Both the position numbers and the translations under genes were made by a program. Source: Mobula hypostoma (Eukaryota). Taken from it: a stretch of DNA of 64,000 bases. Shown here piece by piece: positions 37,514 to 49,360 of this stretch. The stretch covers positions 1,178,001 to 1,242,000 of the forward strand of contig NC_086097.1 of NCBI RefSeq assembly GCF_963921235.1, read 5' to 3'. Below the pieces are notes generated by a model. That model was not told the DNA's origin. It ran no database searches and worked only from the letters and a program-made list of their open reading frames with translations. Every line of letters begins with the position of its first letter. Position 1 is the stretch's first letter.

Positions 37514-38179
37514 GTAGGATGTCACTTCACAGAGATGCTTCATTCAAGATGATCGAATTGTGGATTCCTTCTGTGGCCTTGTTGGATAACTGCTGTGTGT
37601 GAGAGTAACAACACGTGTTAGGCAGTGTAGGTAGTCAACATTACTGGATAAACCCATTAACATCATCTAATCTAGTGGTAGGAATGTGGGCTAGACTCCA
37701 GAGGGAAGGTCACTCAAACCCACCCACCGCCAAATACTGACTCATGGCAAAGGCAATGGTAGAAAACTTTCCACATTAGGAAACTTCTGAAATAGAGTTA
37801 ACACCTTCCACGGTCTGGACCTGAAACAGTAACTGTTTCACTGCCTAAGCGTGGTGTTTCATTTTAACGTTTCAGGTCAAATCCTTCAACTAAGGATAAG
37901 TGAGAAAACTAACATGTTTAGTTCAAGAGAGACGAGAGTAGAGAGTAGAGAGAACAGAGAGGACTATCTATGCAGGGGTGAAGACCAGGGTTGACCTTCT
38001 GAATGAGAGAGCCTGGTGAGCTGATTTTGAGAGATACTAAAAACCTGAAATGACCAAGACTGCTGGAGATACCCAGCAGGTCAGGCAGCACCTGTAGAGA
38101 CAGAGAAAATGTCAATGTTTCAACCAGTCTGATACACAGTGGACCTGTTGAATTCAGGGTAGCAAATCATCTGGATCGT

Positions 38180-40404
38180 CATAGAGAAGTACAGCACAAA
38201 ACAGGCCCTTCGGCTCATCTAGTCCATGCCAAAACCATTTAAACTGCCTATTCCCAATGACCTGCACATGGACCATAGCCCTGCTATCCATGAACCTATC
38301 CAAACTTTTCATAAACATTGAAATCAAGCTTGCATGGACCACTTGTGCTGGCAGCTCTTTCCTCACTCTCACAGCCCTGAGTGCAGAAGTTTTCCCTCAT
38401 GGGCCTTAAACTTTTCTCCTTAAGCCATGACCTCTGGTTGTTGTCCCACCCAACCTCAGTGGAAAAAACTGGTTTGCATTTACCCTATCTTTCTATCTCT
38501 ATCAAAACTCCTCTCAATCTTCTATGTTCTAAAGAATACAGACCTAACCTATTCAATTTTCCTCCTAACTCAGGTCTTCAGACCCAGTACCATCCTTGTA
38601 CATTTTAACTGGACTTTTTCAACCTTTCATGAGGTAGGTGACCAAAACTTAACATAATACTCCAAATTAGGCCACACCAATGTTTTATACAACTTTAACC
38701 TAACATACCATTCTTCTGTACTCAATATATGTATTTTTGATCAATATGCCCAAAGGGTTTCTTAATGACCCTATCTACCTGTGACACCACTTTCAATGAA
38801 TTATGTACCTGTATTCTCAGATCCATTTGTTCTACCATACTCCTTAGTGCCCTACCGTTCACTGTGTAAGATCTATCCTCACTGGTGCTGTCTAAGTGCA
38901 AAACTTTGCACTTGTCTGCATTAAATACCATCTGCTATTTGCCAGCCCATTTTTCCTGCTGATGCAGCCATGACAGCCTTCCTCACTATCCACTACACCC
39001 CAAATCTTGATGTCATCTGCAAAGTTGCCGATCCAGTTAACCACATCATCATCCAGATCACTGATAGAGATGACAAACATCAAAGGATCCAGCGCCAATC
39101 CCTGCGGCACACCACACGCCTCCTCTCAGAGACGACCCACTACTACCACTCTCTAGCTTCTACCACAAAGCCAATATCTAATCCAATTTTACTACCTCAT
39201 CCTGCAGGACCTTGTCTATTGCCTTATTAAAGTCCCTGTAGACAGCTTCCACTTGCTGGTAACTTCCTCTAAAAACTCCTGAAGGATGGTTAGACATGAT
39301 TTACCATGCATGAAGCCGAGAAGCCATCCTTAATCAGTCCATATATATCCAAATACTTACATATCTGGTCCCTTTGAAAACCTTCCAATAACTTTCCCAC
39401 ATCCGATGTCAGACTCATTGGCCTATAATTTCCTGGTTTATGTTTAGAGCCTTTTTAAATAGCAGAACTTTGGCTGTTCTCCAATCCTCTGGTACCTCTC
39501 CTGTCGCTAAAGATGATTTAAATATCTCTGCTAGGACCCTGGCAATTTCTGCACTTGCCTCCCATAGAGTCCGGGGGAACACCTAGTCAGGCCATGGGGA
39601 TTTATCCCAGCAAGCACCTCCCCCTCTGTAATCTGTACAGGGTCCATGAAGTTAATGTGCATTGCCTCACTTCTATAGACTGTATATCTGTCTCCCAAGT
39701 AAATACAGATGCAAAGAACATATTTAAGATCTCCCCCATCTGTTTTGGCTGCACATATGGATTACCATTCTGGTCGTCCAGAGGGCCAATTTTGTCCAGA
39801 ACAATACTTTTGCTCTTAACATAACTGTAGAATCCCTTGGGATTCTCCCTCACCTTGTCTGCTAGAGCAACTATATACTTTCTTTTAGCCTTCCTGATTT
39901 CTTTTAAGTATTCTCTTGCATTTCATGTACTCCATAAGCACCTCATTTTTCCTATTTGCCTATACCTGCTATGCACCCTCTTTTTTCTCTTAAACAGGGC
40001 CTCAATATCTCTTGAAAACCAAAGTTCCTTACACTTGTTATCTTTACTTTTATTCTGACAGGTATACACAAGCTTTGTACTCTCAAAATTTTGTTTTTGA
40101 AGGCCTCCCACTTTCCAAGTACACCTTTGTCAGAAAACAGCCTGTTCGAATCCACACTTGCCAGTTCATTTCTGATACCATCAAAATTGGACTTTCTCTG
40201 ATTTAGAATCTCAACCTGCGGACCAGACCTATCTCTTTGCATATTTACTTTAAAACTAATGGCATTTTAGTCATTTGATGCAAAGTGTTTCCTACACAAA
40301 CTTTTGTCTCCTGCCCTGTCTCACGTCCCAATAGCAGATCCAGTATTGCACACTCTCTCGTTGTGACTTCTATATACTGATGAAGGAATCTTTCCTGACC
40401 ACAT
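38180..40404 (-). mobile_element. Old CR1 ORF2 and 3' end
   Basis: Fragmented minus-strand motifs (ENPKGFYSYVK, PQGLALDP, FADD, VRKELP). Confidence 0.88.
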
Positions 40405-41620
40405 TTTACCAACTCTGATTGAATTTTTTGAGGATGTGACTACACACATTGATGAAGGTAGAGCAGTAGATGTAGTGAATATGGATTTTAGTAAGGCATT
40501 TGCTAAGGTATCCCATGCAAGGTTTATTGAGAAAGTAAGGAGAGATGGGATCCAAGGGGACATTGCTTTGTGGATCCAGAACTGGCTTGCCCACAGAAGG
40601 CAAAGAGTGGTTGTAAACGGGTCATATTCTGCATGGAGGCCGGTGACCAGTGGTGTGCCTCAGGGATCTGTTTTGGACCCCTGCTCTTTGTGATTTTTAT
40701 AAATGACCTGGATGAGGAAGTGGAGAGATGGGTTAGTAAATTTGCTGATGACACAAAGGTTGGGGGTGTTGTGGATAGTGTGGAGGGCTGTCAGAGCTTA
40801 CAACGGGACATTGGTAGGATGCAAAACTGGGCTGAGAAGTGGCCAGTGGAGTGTGAGGTGGTTCATTTTGGTAGCTCAAATATGATGGCAGAATATAGCA
40901 TTAATGGTAAGACTCTTGGCAGTGTGGAGGATCAGAAGGATCCTGGGGTTCAAGTCCATTGGACACTCAAAGCTGCTGCACAGGTTGACTCTGTGGTTCA
41001 GAAGGCATATGGTGTATTGGCTTTTATCAGTCGTGGGATTGAGTTTAAGAGCCAAGAGGTAATGTTGCAGCTATATAGGACTCTGGTCAGACCCCACTTG
41101 GAGTACTGTGCTCAATTCTGGTCGCCTCACTATAGGAAGGACGTGGAAAGCATAGAAAGGGTGCAGAGGAGATTCACAAGGATGTTGCCTGGATTGGGGA
41201 GTATGCCTTATGAGAATAGGTTGAGTGAACTCAGCCTTTTCTCCTTGGAGCGATGGAGGATGAGAGGTGACTTGATAGAGGTGTACAAGGTGATGAGAGG
41301 TATTGATCGTGTGGATAGTCAGAGGCTTTTTCCCAGGGCTGAAATGGCTAACATGAGATGGCACAGTTTTAAGGTGCTTGCAAGTAGGTACAGAGGAGAT
41401 GTCAGGGGTAAGTTTTTTATGCAGAGAGTGATGAGTGCGTGGAATGGGCTGCCGGTGACGGTGGTGGAGGCGGATACAACAGGGTCTTTTAAGAGACTCC
41501 TGGATAGGTACACGGAGCTCAGAAAAATAGAGGGCAATGGGTAAGCCTAGGCAATTTCTAAAGTAAGTACAGCATTGTGGGCTGAAGGGCCTGTATTGTG
41601 CTGTAGGTTTTCTATGTTTA
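40405..41620 (+). mobile_element. CR1 subfamily B, 5'-truncated
   Basis: RT half with FADD, RPHLEYC and a tttctatg tail. Confidence 0.93.
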
Positions 41621-41979
41621 CTTAACTCTGCACTTGCCAGCCAGCAACTACCAGTTACTGATCCCATCAATCAACTGCCATTTGGTAGCCTTCAATGCCT
41701 TGCACTTCAAGTCTGGATACTGGATGGTCTGGATACCATGCAGATCTTGTGAGAATACCCGTCTCCATCTCTGTGTGTTTCATATTTCAACCACCAACTG
41801 GCTGAAAATCATCTCCCCAGATCCTCCGTCAATCTCTTCCTCCTTGCCTTAAAATTATGGCCTCTTGTCTTAGACACTTCTGCAATGTTGAAAACATTCC
41901 TGCTATGTATGAAGTCTAAGCCGTTTATAATCCTGTACACTCCTTCCAGTCATAAAACAATACCACATCGATACAGGTC

Positions 41980-44900
41980 CTTCAGCTCACCCACTCCATG
42001 ACACCCACAGTGCCCACTCAGCCTGTCCCAATTTGGCAATAACCCCACCCCTCCAAAAAACTATCCAAGTGCTCCTGAATTTATATTATTGTACATGCCT
42101 CCGTCATTACCTCTGCCTGCTTGTTCCATACACTCAGCACCCTCTGTGTGGAAAAAGTTGCCCCTTGGTCCCTTTGAAAAATTTCCCCTCTCAGCCTAAA
42201 TCTATGCCCCCTAGGTTTGGACTCCTCCTACCCTGGGGAAAAAACTCCACTTTATCTTTGCCTCTCATTCCGGCCCTCTGGCTCAGAAGGGTAGAGAAAG
42301 GAAGAGGAAGGCAGTAGTGATAGGGGACTCCATAGTTAGGGGGTCAGACAGGTGATTCTGTGGATGCGGGAAAGAAGCACGGATGGTAGTTTGCCTCCCA
42401 GGTGCCAGGGTCTGGGATGTTTCAGATAGTGTCCACGATATCCTTCAGTGGGAGGGAGAACAGCCAGAGGTCGTGGTACATATTGGTACTAATGACATAG
42501 GTAGCAAAAGGGAAGAGGTCCTGTAAACAGACTACAGGGAGTTAGGAAGGAAGCTGAGAAGCAGGACCGCAAAGGTAGTGATCTCAGGACTACTGCCTGT
42601 GCCACGCAACAGTGAGTATAGGAATAGAATGAGGTGGAGGATAAATGTGTGGCTGATGGATTGGCGCAGGGGGCAGGGATTCCGATTTCTGGATCATTGG
42701 GACCTCTTTTGGGGCAGGTGTGACCTGTACGAAAAGGACGGGTTGTACTTGAATCCCAGGGGGACCAATATCCTGGTGGGGAGGTTTGCTAAGGCTACTG
42801 GGGAGAGTTTAAACTAGAATTGTTGAGGGGTGGGAACTGAACTGAAGTGACTGGGGAAGAGGCAGTTGGCTCACAAATAGAGAAAACATGGAGACAGTGT
42901 GTGAGGGAGGATAGGCATGTGATAGAGAAGGGACACGCTCAGATGGACGGTTTGAGATGTGTCTATTTTAACGCAAGGAGTGTTGTGAACAAAGCGCATG
43001 AGCTTAGAGCATGGATCAGTATTTGGAGCTATGATGTAGTGGCCATTACAGAGACTTGGATGGCTCAGGGCCAGGAATGGTTACTTCAAGTGCTAGGTTT
43101 TATATGGAAAAAGGACAGGGAGGGAGGCAAAAGAGGTGGGGGCGTGGCACTGTTGATCAGAGATAGTGTCACGGCTGCAGAAAAGGAGGAAGTCATGGAG
43201 GGGTTGTCTACAGAGTCTCTGTGCATAGAGGTTAGGAACAGAAGGGGTCAATAACTTTACTGTTTTTTATAGGCCGCCCAATAGTAACAAGGATATCGAG
43301 GAGCAGATAGGGAAACAGATCCTGGGAAGATGTAATAATAAGAGTTGTCGTGATGGGAGATTTTAATTTCCCAAATATCGACTGGCATCTCCCAAGAGCA
43401 AGGGATTTAGATGGGGTGGAGTTTGTTAGATATGTTCAGGAAGGTTTCTTGACACAATATGTAGATAAGCCTACAAGAGGAGAGACTGTACTTGATTTGG
43501 TATTGGAAAATGAACCTGGTCGGGTGTCAGATCTCTCATAGTGATCTAACTCCTTTACAATAGCATTGGAGAGAGATAGGAACAGACAAGTTAGAAAAGC
43601 ATTTAGTTGGAGTAAGGAGAATTATGAGGCTATCGGGCAGAAAATTGGAAGCTTAAATTGGGAACAGATTTTCTCAGGGAAAAGTACGGAAGAAATGTGG
43701 CAAAGTTCAGGGGATATCTGTGTGGAGTTCTGCATAGATATGTTCCAATGAGACAGGGAAGTTATGGTAGGGTACAGGAACCATGGAGTACAAAGGCTGT
43801 AATAACTCTAGTCAAGAAGAAAAGAAAAACTTACAAGAGGTTCAGAGAGCTAGGCAATGTTAGAGATCTAGAAGATTATAAGGCTAACAGGAAGGAGCTT
43901 AAGAAGGAAATTTGGAGAGCCAGGAGGGACCATGAGAAGGCCTTGGCGGGCAGGATTAAGGAAAACTCCAAGGCATTCTACAAGTATGTGAAGAGTAAGA
44001 GGATAAGACATGAAAGAATTGGACCTACCAAGTGTGAAGTGGGAAAGTGTGTATGGAACTGGAGGAAATAGCAGAGGTACTTAATGAAGACTTTACTTCA
44101 GTATTCACTATGGAAAAGGATCTTGGTGATTGTAGCGATGACTTGCAGCAGACTGAAAAGCTTGAGCATGTAGATATTAAGAAAGAGGATGTGCTGGAGC
44201 TTTTGGAAAGCATCAAGTTGGATAAGTTGGCGGGGCAGGATGAGATGTACCCCAGGCTACTGTGGGAGGCAAGGGAGGAGATTGCTGAGCCTCTGGCGAT
44301 GATCTTTGAATCATCAATGGGGACGGAAGAGGTTCTGGAGGATTGGAAGGTTGTGGATGTTGTTCCTTTATTCACGAAAGGGAGTAGAGATAGCCCAAGA
44401 AATTATAGACCAGTGAGTCTTACTTCAGTGGTTGGTAAACTGATGGAGAAGATCCTGAGAGGCAGGATTTATGAACATTTGGAGAGGTATAATATGATAA
44501 CGAATAGTCAGCATGGCTTTGTCAAGGGCAGGTCATGCCTTACGAGCCTGATTGAATTTTTTGAGGATGTGACTAAACTCATTGATGAAGGAAGAGCAGT
44601 AGATGTAATGTATATGGATTTCAGCAAGGCATTTGATAAGGTACCCCATGCAAGGCTTATTGAGAAAGTAAGGAGACATGGGATCCAAGGGGACATTGTC
44701 TTGTGCATCCAGAACTGGCTTGTCCACAGAAGGCAAAGAGTGGTTGTAGACGGGTCATATTCTGCATGGAGGTTGGTAACCAGTGGTGTGCCTCAGGGAT
44801 CTGTTCTGGGACCCTTACTCTTTGTGATTTTTATAAATGACCTGGGTGAGGAAGTGGAGGGATGGATTAGTAAGTTTGCTGATGACACAAAGGTTGGAGG

Positions 44901-47340
44901 TGTTGTGCATTGTGTCAGAGGTTACAGCGGGACATCGACAGGATGCAAAACTGGGCTGAGAAGTGGCAGATGGAGTTCAACCTAGATAAGTGTGAAGTGG
45001 TTCATTTTGGTAGGTCAAATATGATGGCAGAATGTAGCATTAATGGTAAGACTCTTGGCAGTGTGGAGGATCAGAGGGATCTTGGGGTCTGAGTCCATTG
45101 GACACTCAAAGCTGCTGCACAGGTTGACTCTGTGGTTAAGAAGGCATACGGTGTATTGGCCTTCGTCAATCATGGAGTTGAATTTAGGAGCCGAGAGGTA
45201 ATGTTGCAGCTATATAGGACCCTGGTCAGACCCCACTTGGAGTACTGTGCTCAGTTCTGGTCGCCTCGCTACAGGAAGGATGTGGAAGCCATAGAAAGGG
45301 TGTAAAGGAGATTTACAAGGATATTGCCTGGATTGGGGAATACTTTATGAGAATAGGTTGAGTGAACTTGGCCTTTTCCGCTTATAGTGACGGAGGATGA
45401 GAGGTGACCTGATAGAGGTGTGTAAGATGATGAGAGGCATTGATCGTGTGGACAGTCAGAGGCTTTTCCCCAGGACTGGAATGCCTAGCACAAGAGGGCA
45501 TAGTTTTAAGGTGCTTGGAAGTACATACAGAGGAGATGATAGGGGTAAGTTTTTTTACACAGAGAGTGGTGAGTGCATGGAATCGGCTGCTGGCAACGGT
45601 GGTGGAGGCAGATACGATAGGGTCTTTTTCGAGACTTTAAGATAGATACATGGAGCTTAGAAAAATAGAGGGCTATGTGTAAACCTGGTAATTTCTAAGG
45701 TAGGGACATGTTCGGCACAACTCTGTGGGCCGAAGGGTCTGTATTGTGCTGTAGGTTTTCTATATTTCTATAATTTTAAACATTTCTATAAGGTCACCTC
45801 TCATTCTCCTACCTTTCAAGAAATAAAGACCCAGCCTAGCCAACGTCTCTTTATAACTGAGGCCCTCTGGTTCTAGCAACGTTCTCATTAAATCTTTTCT
45901 GCACTCTTTCCAGTTTCACCACGTCTTTCCTATAACATTGTGATCAAAACTACACAGTCCTCCTATGAATCATAGAACTACAACATCATGTCCGAACTCC
46001 TGTTTCAATGCCTGACTAGTGAATGTCAGTCTGCTAAATGCCTTTTCTACCTGTGATGACACTTGTAATCCTGTCCCTGTCCCAATATGCAACTTGTGAT
46101 CCTGTCTCTCTTAGGACTCTATCATTTATAGTGTAAGTCCTGCACTGATTTGACTTTCCAAAATGTATAACCTCATACTTATGTACCACCCCTGGGTCCA
46201 CATGTCTGACTGATCCAGATCCCGCTGTAATCTGCAATAACCTTCTTCACTATCAACAAAACCTCCTAATTTTTGTGTCACCCGCAAACTTGCTGACCTA
46301 GTCTTGTGCATTGACATCCAAATCATAAGTATAAATAACAAATGACAAGGGTTGCAACACCAACCCCCCACAGCGCACCTGTAGTCATTGACCTCCATTC
46401 TGAGAAATAACCTTCAGCCACTGCCCGCCCGCTTCCTAAATTGCAGCCAATTGTGAATCCACATCACCATCTCTCCCTGGAATCCACATGACCTAGCTTT
46501 CCTGACCAGTTGATCACATGGGATCCTGTCAAGAGCTTGATAAAATCCAAAGACACACACAAGGCCATGTTAACTCCTTCAGATCAGACTGACTACCGCT
46601 CAGAATTTCCTCCAGTAATTTCCCCACCACTGATAACAAGCTGACCAGCCTATAGTTCCCTGGCTTGTCCTTGCTACCCTTCTTAAACAATGGAATGGAA
46701 TTAGCTACCTTCCACTCTTTGGGAACTTCACTAGTGGCTAATGATGAAGCAAATAATTCCATTAGGGCCCCTGCAATTTATTCTCTAGACTCCCACAAAG
46801 TCCAAAGATACACTCAGTCAAGCCCTGGGGATTTATCCAGCAGAAGGCAGTGTAAAGGCTGCACTCCTTGCTGGTAACATGAATCACTTGCACTTGTTTT
46901 CTTTATCTCTTGAGCAACCCGTGATTTTCTCCTCAGTAAACACTGAGGAAAAATATTCATTAAAAATCCCACACATGTCCTACAGTTCAAGAAACAGACG
47001 CTCCTGCTGATCTCCAAGGGGACCAACTTTCCATCTAGCCACCCCTTTATTCTTAATGTGGCTAAAGACTGGGATTTTCCTTAACCTTACCTGCTGGATG
47101 GGAGTCGATAGATACTTGATTGGTCAGGGCATGAAAGGATACGGGGGGGGGGCGTGGTGGGGCGAGGCAGGAGATTGGGGCTGAGTAGAAAAATAGATCA
47201 GTCGTGATGAAATGGCAGAACAGACTTGATGAACCAAATGGCCTAATTCTGCTCCTATATCTTATGGTCTCGTGGTCCAGATCCACCCCACATCCTCTCT
47301 TTGTCCTTCTGATTAATTAAGAGTATTATTAATCTTTCTA
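41980..47340 (-). mobile_element. Old CR1 (host), split by the insertion at 42270-45771
   Basis: ...gcctctcat|attttaaacatt... rejoins across the insert. KKGSKDKPGNYRLVSL motif. A plus CR1 tip lies at ~47095-47270. Confidence 0.75.
42270..45771 (+). mobile_element. CR1 subfamily B, esterase part of ORF1 plus full decayed ORF2
   Basis: VIGDSIVRG, VHIGTND, DGLYLN, then YFNARS..ITETW, RT FADD and tail. Confidence 0.95.
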
Positions 47341-47389
47341 TAGTCATCAAGGGACTAGAGTCTTAATTACCACAGTACATCTTGTCCTT

Positions 47390-47794
47390 GCTGACCTGAT
47401 CTTCCACCTAGTCCCATCTACCTGCACACGGACAATATCCCTTCAAAACCCTCCCAGCCATGTGCCTGTCCAAACTTCTCTTAAATGTTATAATCTGGTC
47501 CTGGATCTACCTATTCTATTGGCTGCTCAGTCTACACTCACACCATCCTCCGAGTGAAAAAAAATCCGCCCCCCCCCCCCCAGATTCAACTTAAACATTT
47601 CACCTTTCACCATAGTACTATGGCATCTAACTCTAGTCTGAGGAGAAAACGACTACATGCATTCACTCTATCAGTTTTCTATACTGTACTTCTATAAAAT
47701 TTCCCTTCATTCTCCTGTGCTCCAGGGAAGTCTTAACCCACTTAACCTTTCCTTATAACTCAGGTCTTCAAGTCTTGACAACATCCTTGTAAAC
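47390..47794 (-). mobile_element. CR1 3' fragment
   Basis: FTRMLSRLEDLSYKERL motif and decayed 3' end. Confidence 0.75.
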
Positions 47795-49145
47795 CTGAAC
47801 AATCTCTTGACTACCCACAAGTAATTAAAGGAGAAAACTTTAGACAAAAATTTACAAGGAAAAACCTTCTTTGGTTTTTTAAGTTTTACTTTTAAATGAC
47901 ATACTACTGGGTTATGGTCACTATTACAGTCTGCGTCTGGATATGCTTTGCATTGAATCACCGAGTTTCTAAATCTTTGGTTTGTAGTAATAAAGTCAAG
48001 TTGATTTCTGGTGTTATCACCTGGACTTTTCCAGGTCCACAAGCGTCTTGGATGGTTTTTAAAGTAGGTATTCATAATGACCTGATTATTCATTTTGCAC
48101 CATTCTACCCATTTCTCACCTCTTTCATTTCTTTCCCCTAGTCCAAATTTTCCTATGGTATTTCCATCAGCACCTTGTCCTACTTTAGCATTTAGATCTC
48201 CCATGACAATAACAATATCTTGAGATTTGCATCCATTCTTTGCTTGTTCAAGCTCTTCATAGAATTTATCTATAACCTCATTTGTTCCATCTGTTGTTGG
48301 TGCAGAGACCTGTATAATTGCTAAATCAAATGGTTGTCCTCTGAATCTAACAAGGAGCACACTTTCTGATATTGCCCAATGTCCTAAAACAATTTTTGCC
48401 ATGTTTTCATCCATAAGAATTCCTAATCCATTATTATGGGATGTTTCACAAAAATAAATTAGTGTTTTATTTCTATTCTGACATGTTCCAGCACCTCTCC
48501 AATGAACTTCGCTAATTCCCATGATGTTAATCTTTAGTCTTTCCATTTCATTTATCACATTGTCTAATCTTCCTGCTTGATATAGGGTTCTTACGTTCCA
48601 AGTGGCAATAATTTTTTTTTGTGTTACTTGAATTTTATGAGCAATAGCTTGATGATGGTCGGGGATCCCCTGCTGCCCAGAATCAACCCTACCGAGCGAA
48701 GCATCTTCAGAATTGTCTTGAAGATCCACTTGACGCTGTTGTTGTGTGATACATTTTGTGAGTTTGACCATGGTTTTCTTAGCAAATAGATTCTAGGGAA
48801 TCTAGTATCTAGCAATGGTGGTTTGCTGTTGCCTACCATTGGTCGAACTAAAGAAATCATCATTTCTCTTCCCAAATGTTCATCCGCCTGTACTATAGCT
48901 GTTGACATTTGAGGTCCTAGCTCATCCGCCTTTTCCGTCATAAGTTCAGTTACTGAACCTGCCAGATCTGCCATTGGCCTTTGCTCGTATCCCGAGCAGG
49001 AATCCCTGTAGGTGCTACCGTTCCGGGTCAGAGCAGCCCTGGGAGCAATGAATGACTAAGGGGTACCTCCACTTTCCCCAAAGCTCTGAAAGTCCCCAAT
49101 CAGAGCCTCATCACCGGTTGCAGTTTAGAGTCATACCCAGGACTT
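47795..49145 (-). mobile_element. RTE-clade LINE 5' half (5' UTR + APE endonuclease, no RT)
   Basis: IATWNVRTL, GISEVHWRG, QVSAPT, MGDLNAKVG, FGLGERNERG, WTWKSPG..RNQLDFI, SDHNPVV in one open frame. Confidence 0.9.
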
Positions 49146-49149
49146 CCAC

Positions 49150-49360
49150 CTAACACCTCCCAGCTTCTCACTTCATCCCACCCTCCCCCACCCACCTTTC
49201 GTTTCACCTGGTCTCACCAACCACCCGCAAGCTCATACTCCTTCCCCCCCAATCTCTTATTCTGGCATCTTCCCCTTTCCTTTCCAATCCTGATGAAGGA
49301 TCTCAGCCTGAAACTTCAGCTGTTTATTCCCCTATGATTTCCTCCAGCATTTTGTGAGTT
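49150..49360 (+). repeat. Penelope 3' terminal fragment with hammerhead core
   Basis: Pyrimidine-rich tract, then CTGATGA agg-atctcag-cct GAAAC TTC (49290-49317). Stem I is degenerate. Confidence 0.7.

Noticed and set aside
37274..37543. 89-aa minus-strand ORF
   Set aside because: No recognisable motif or clear splice signals. The + strand reading has better exon features.
47707..48771. 354-aa ORF as a host gene (CFDP2-like)
   Set aside because: It is an RTE endonuclease whose C-terminus reads into an inverted fragment and CR1 sequence. No evidence of domestication.
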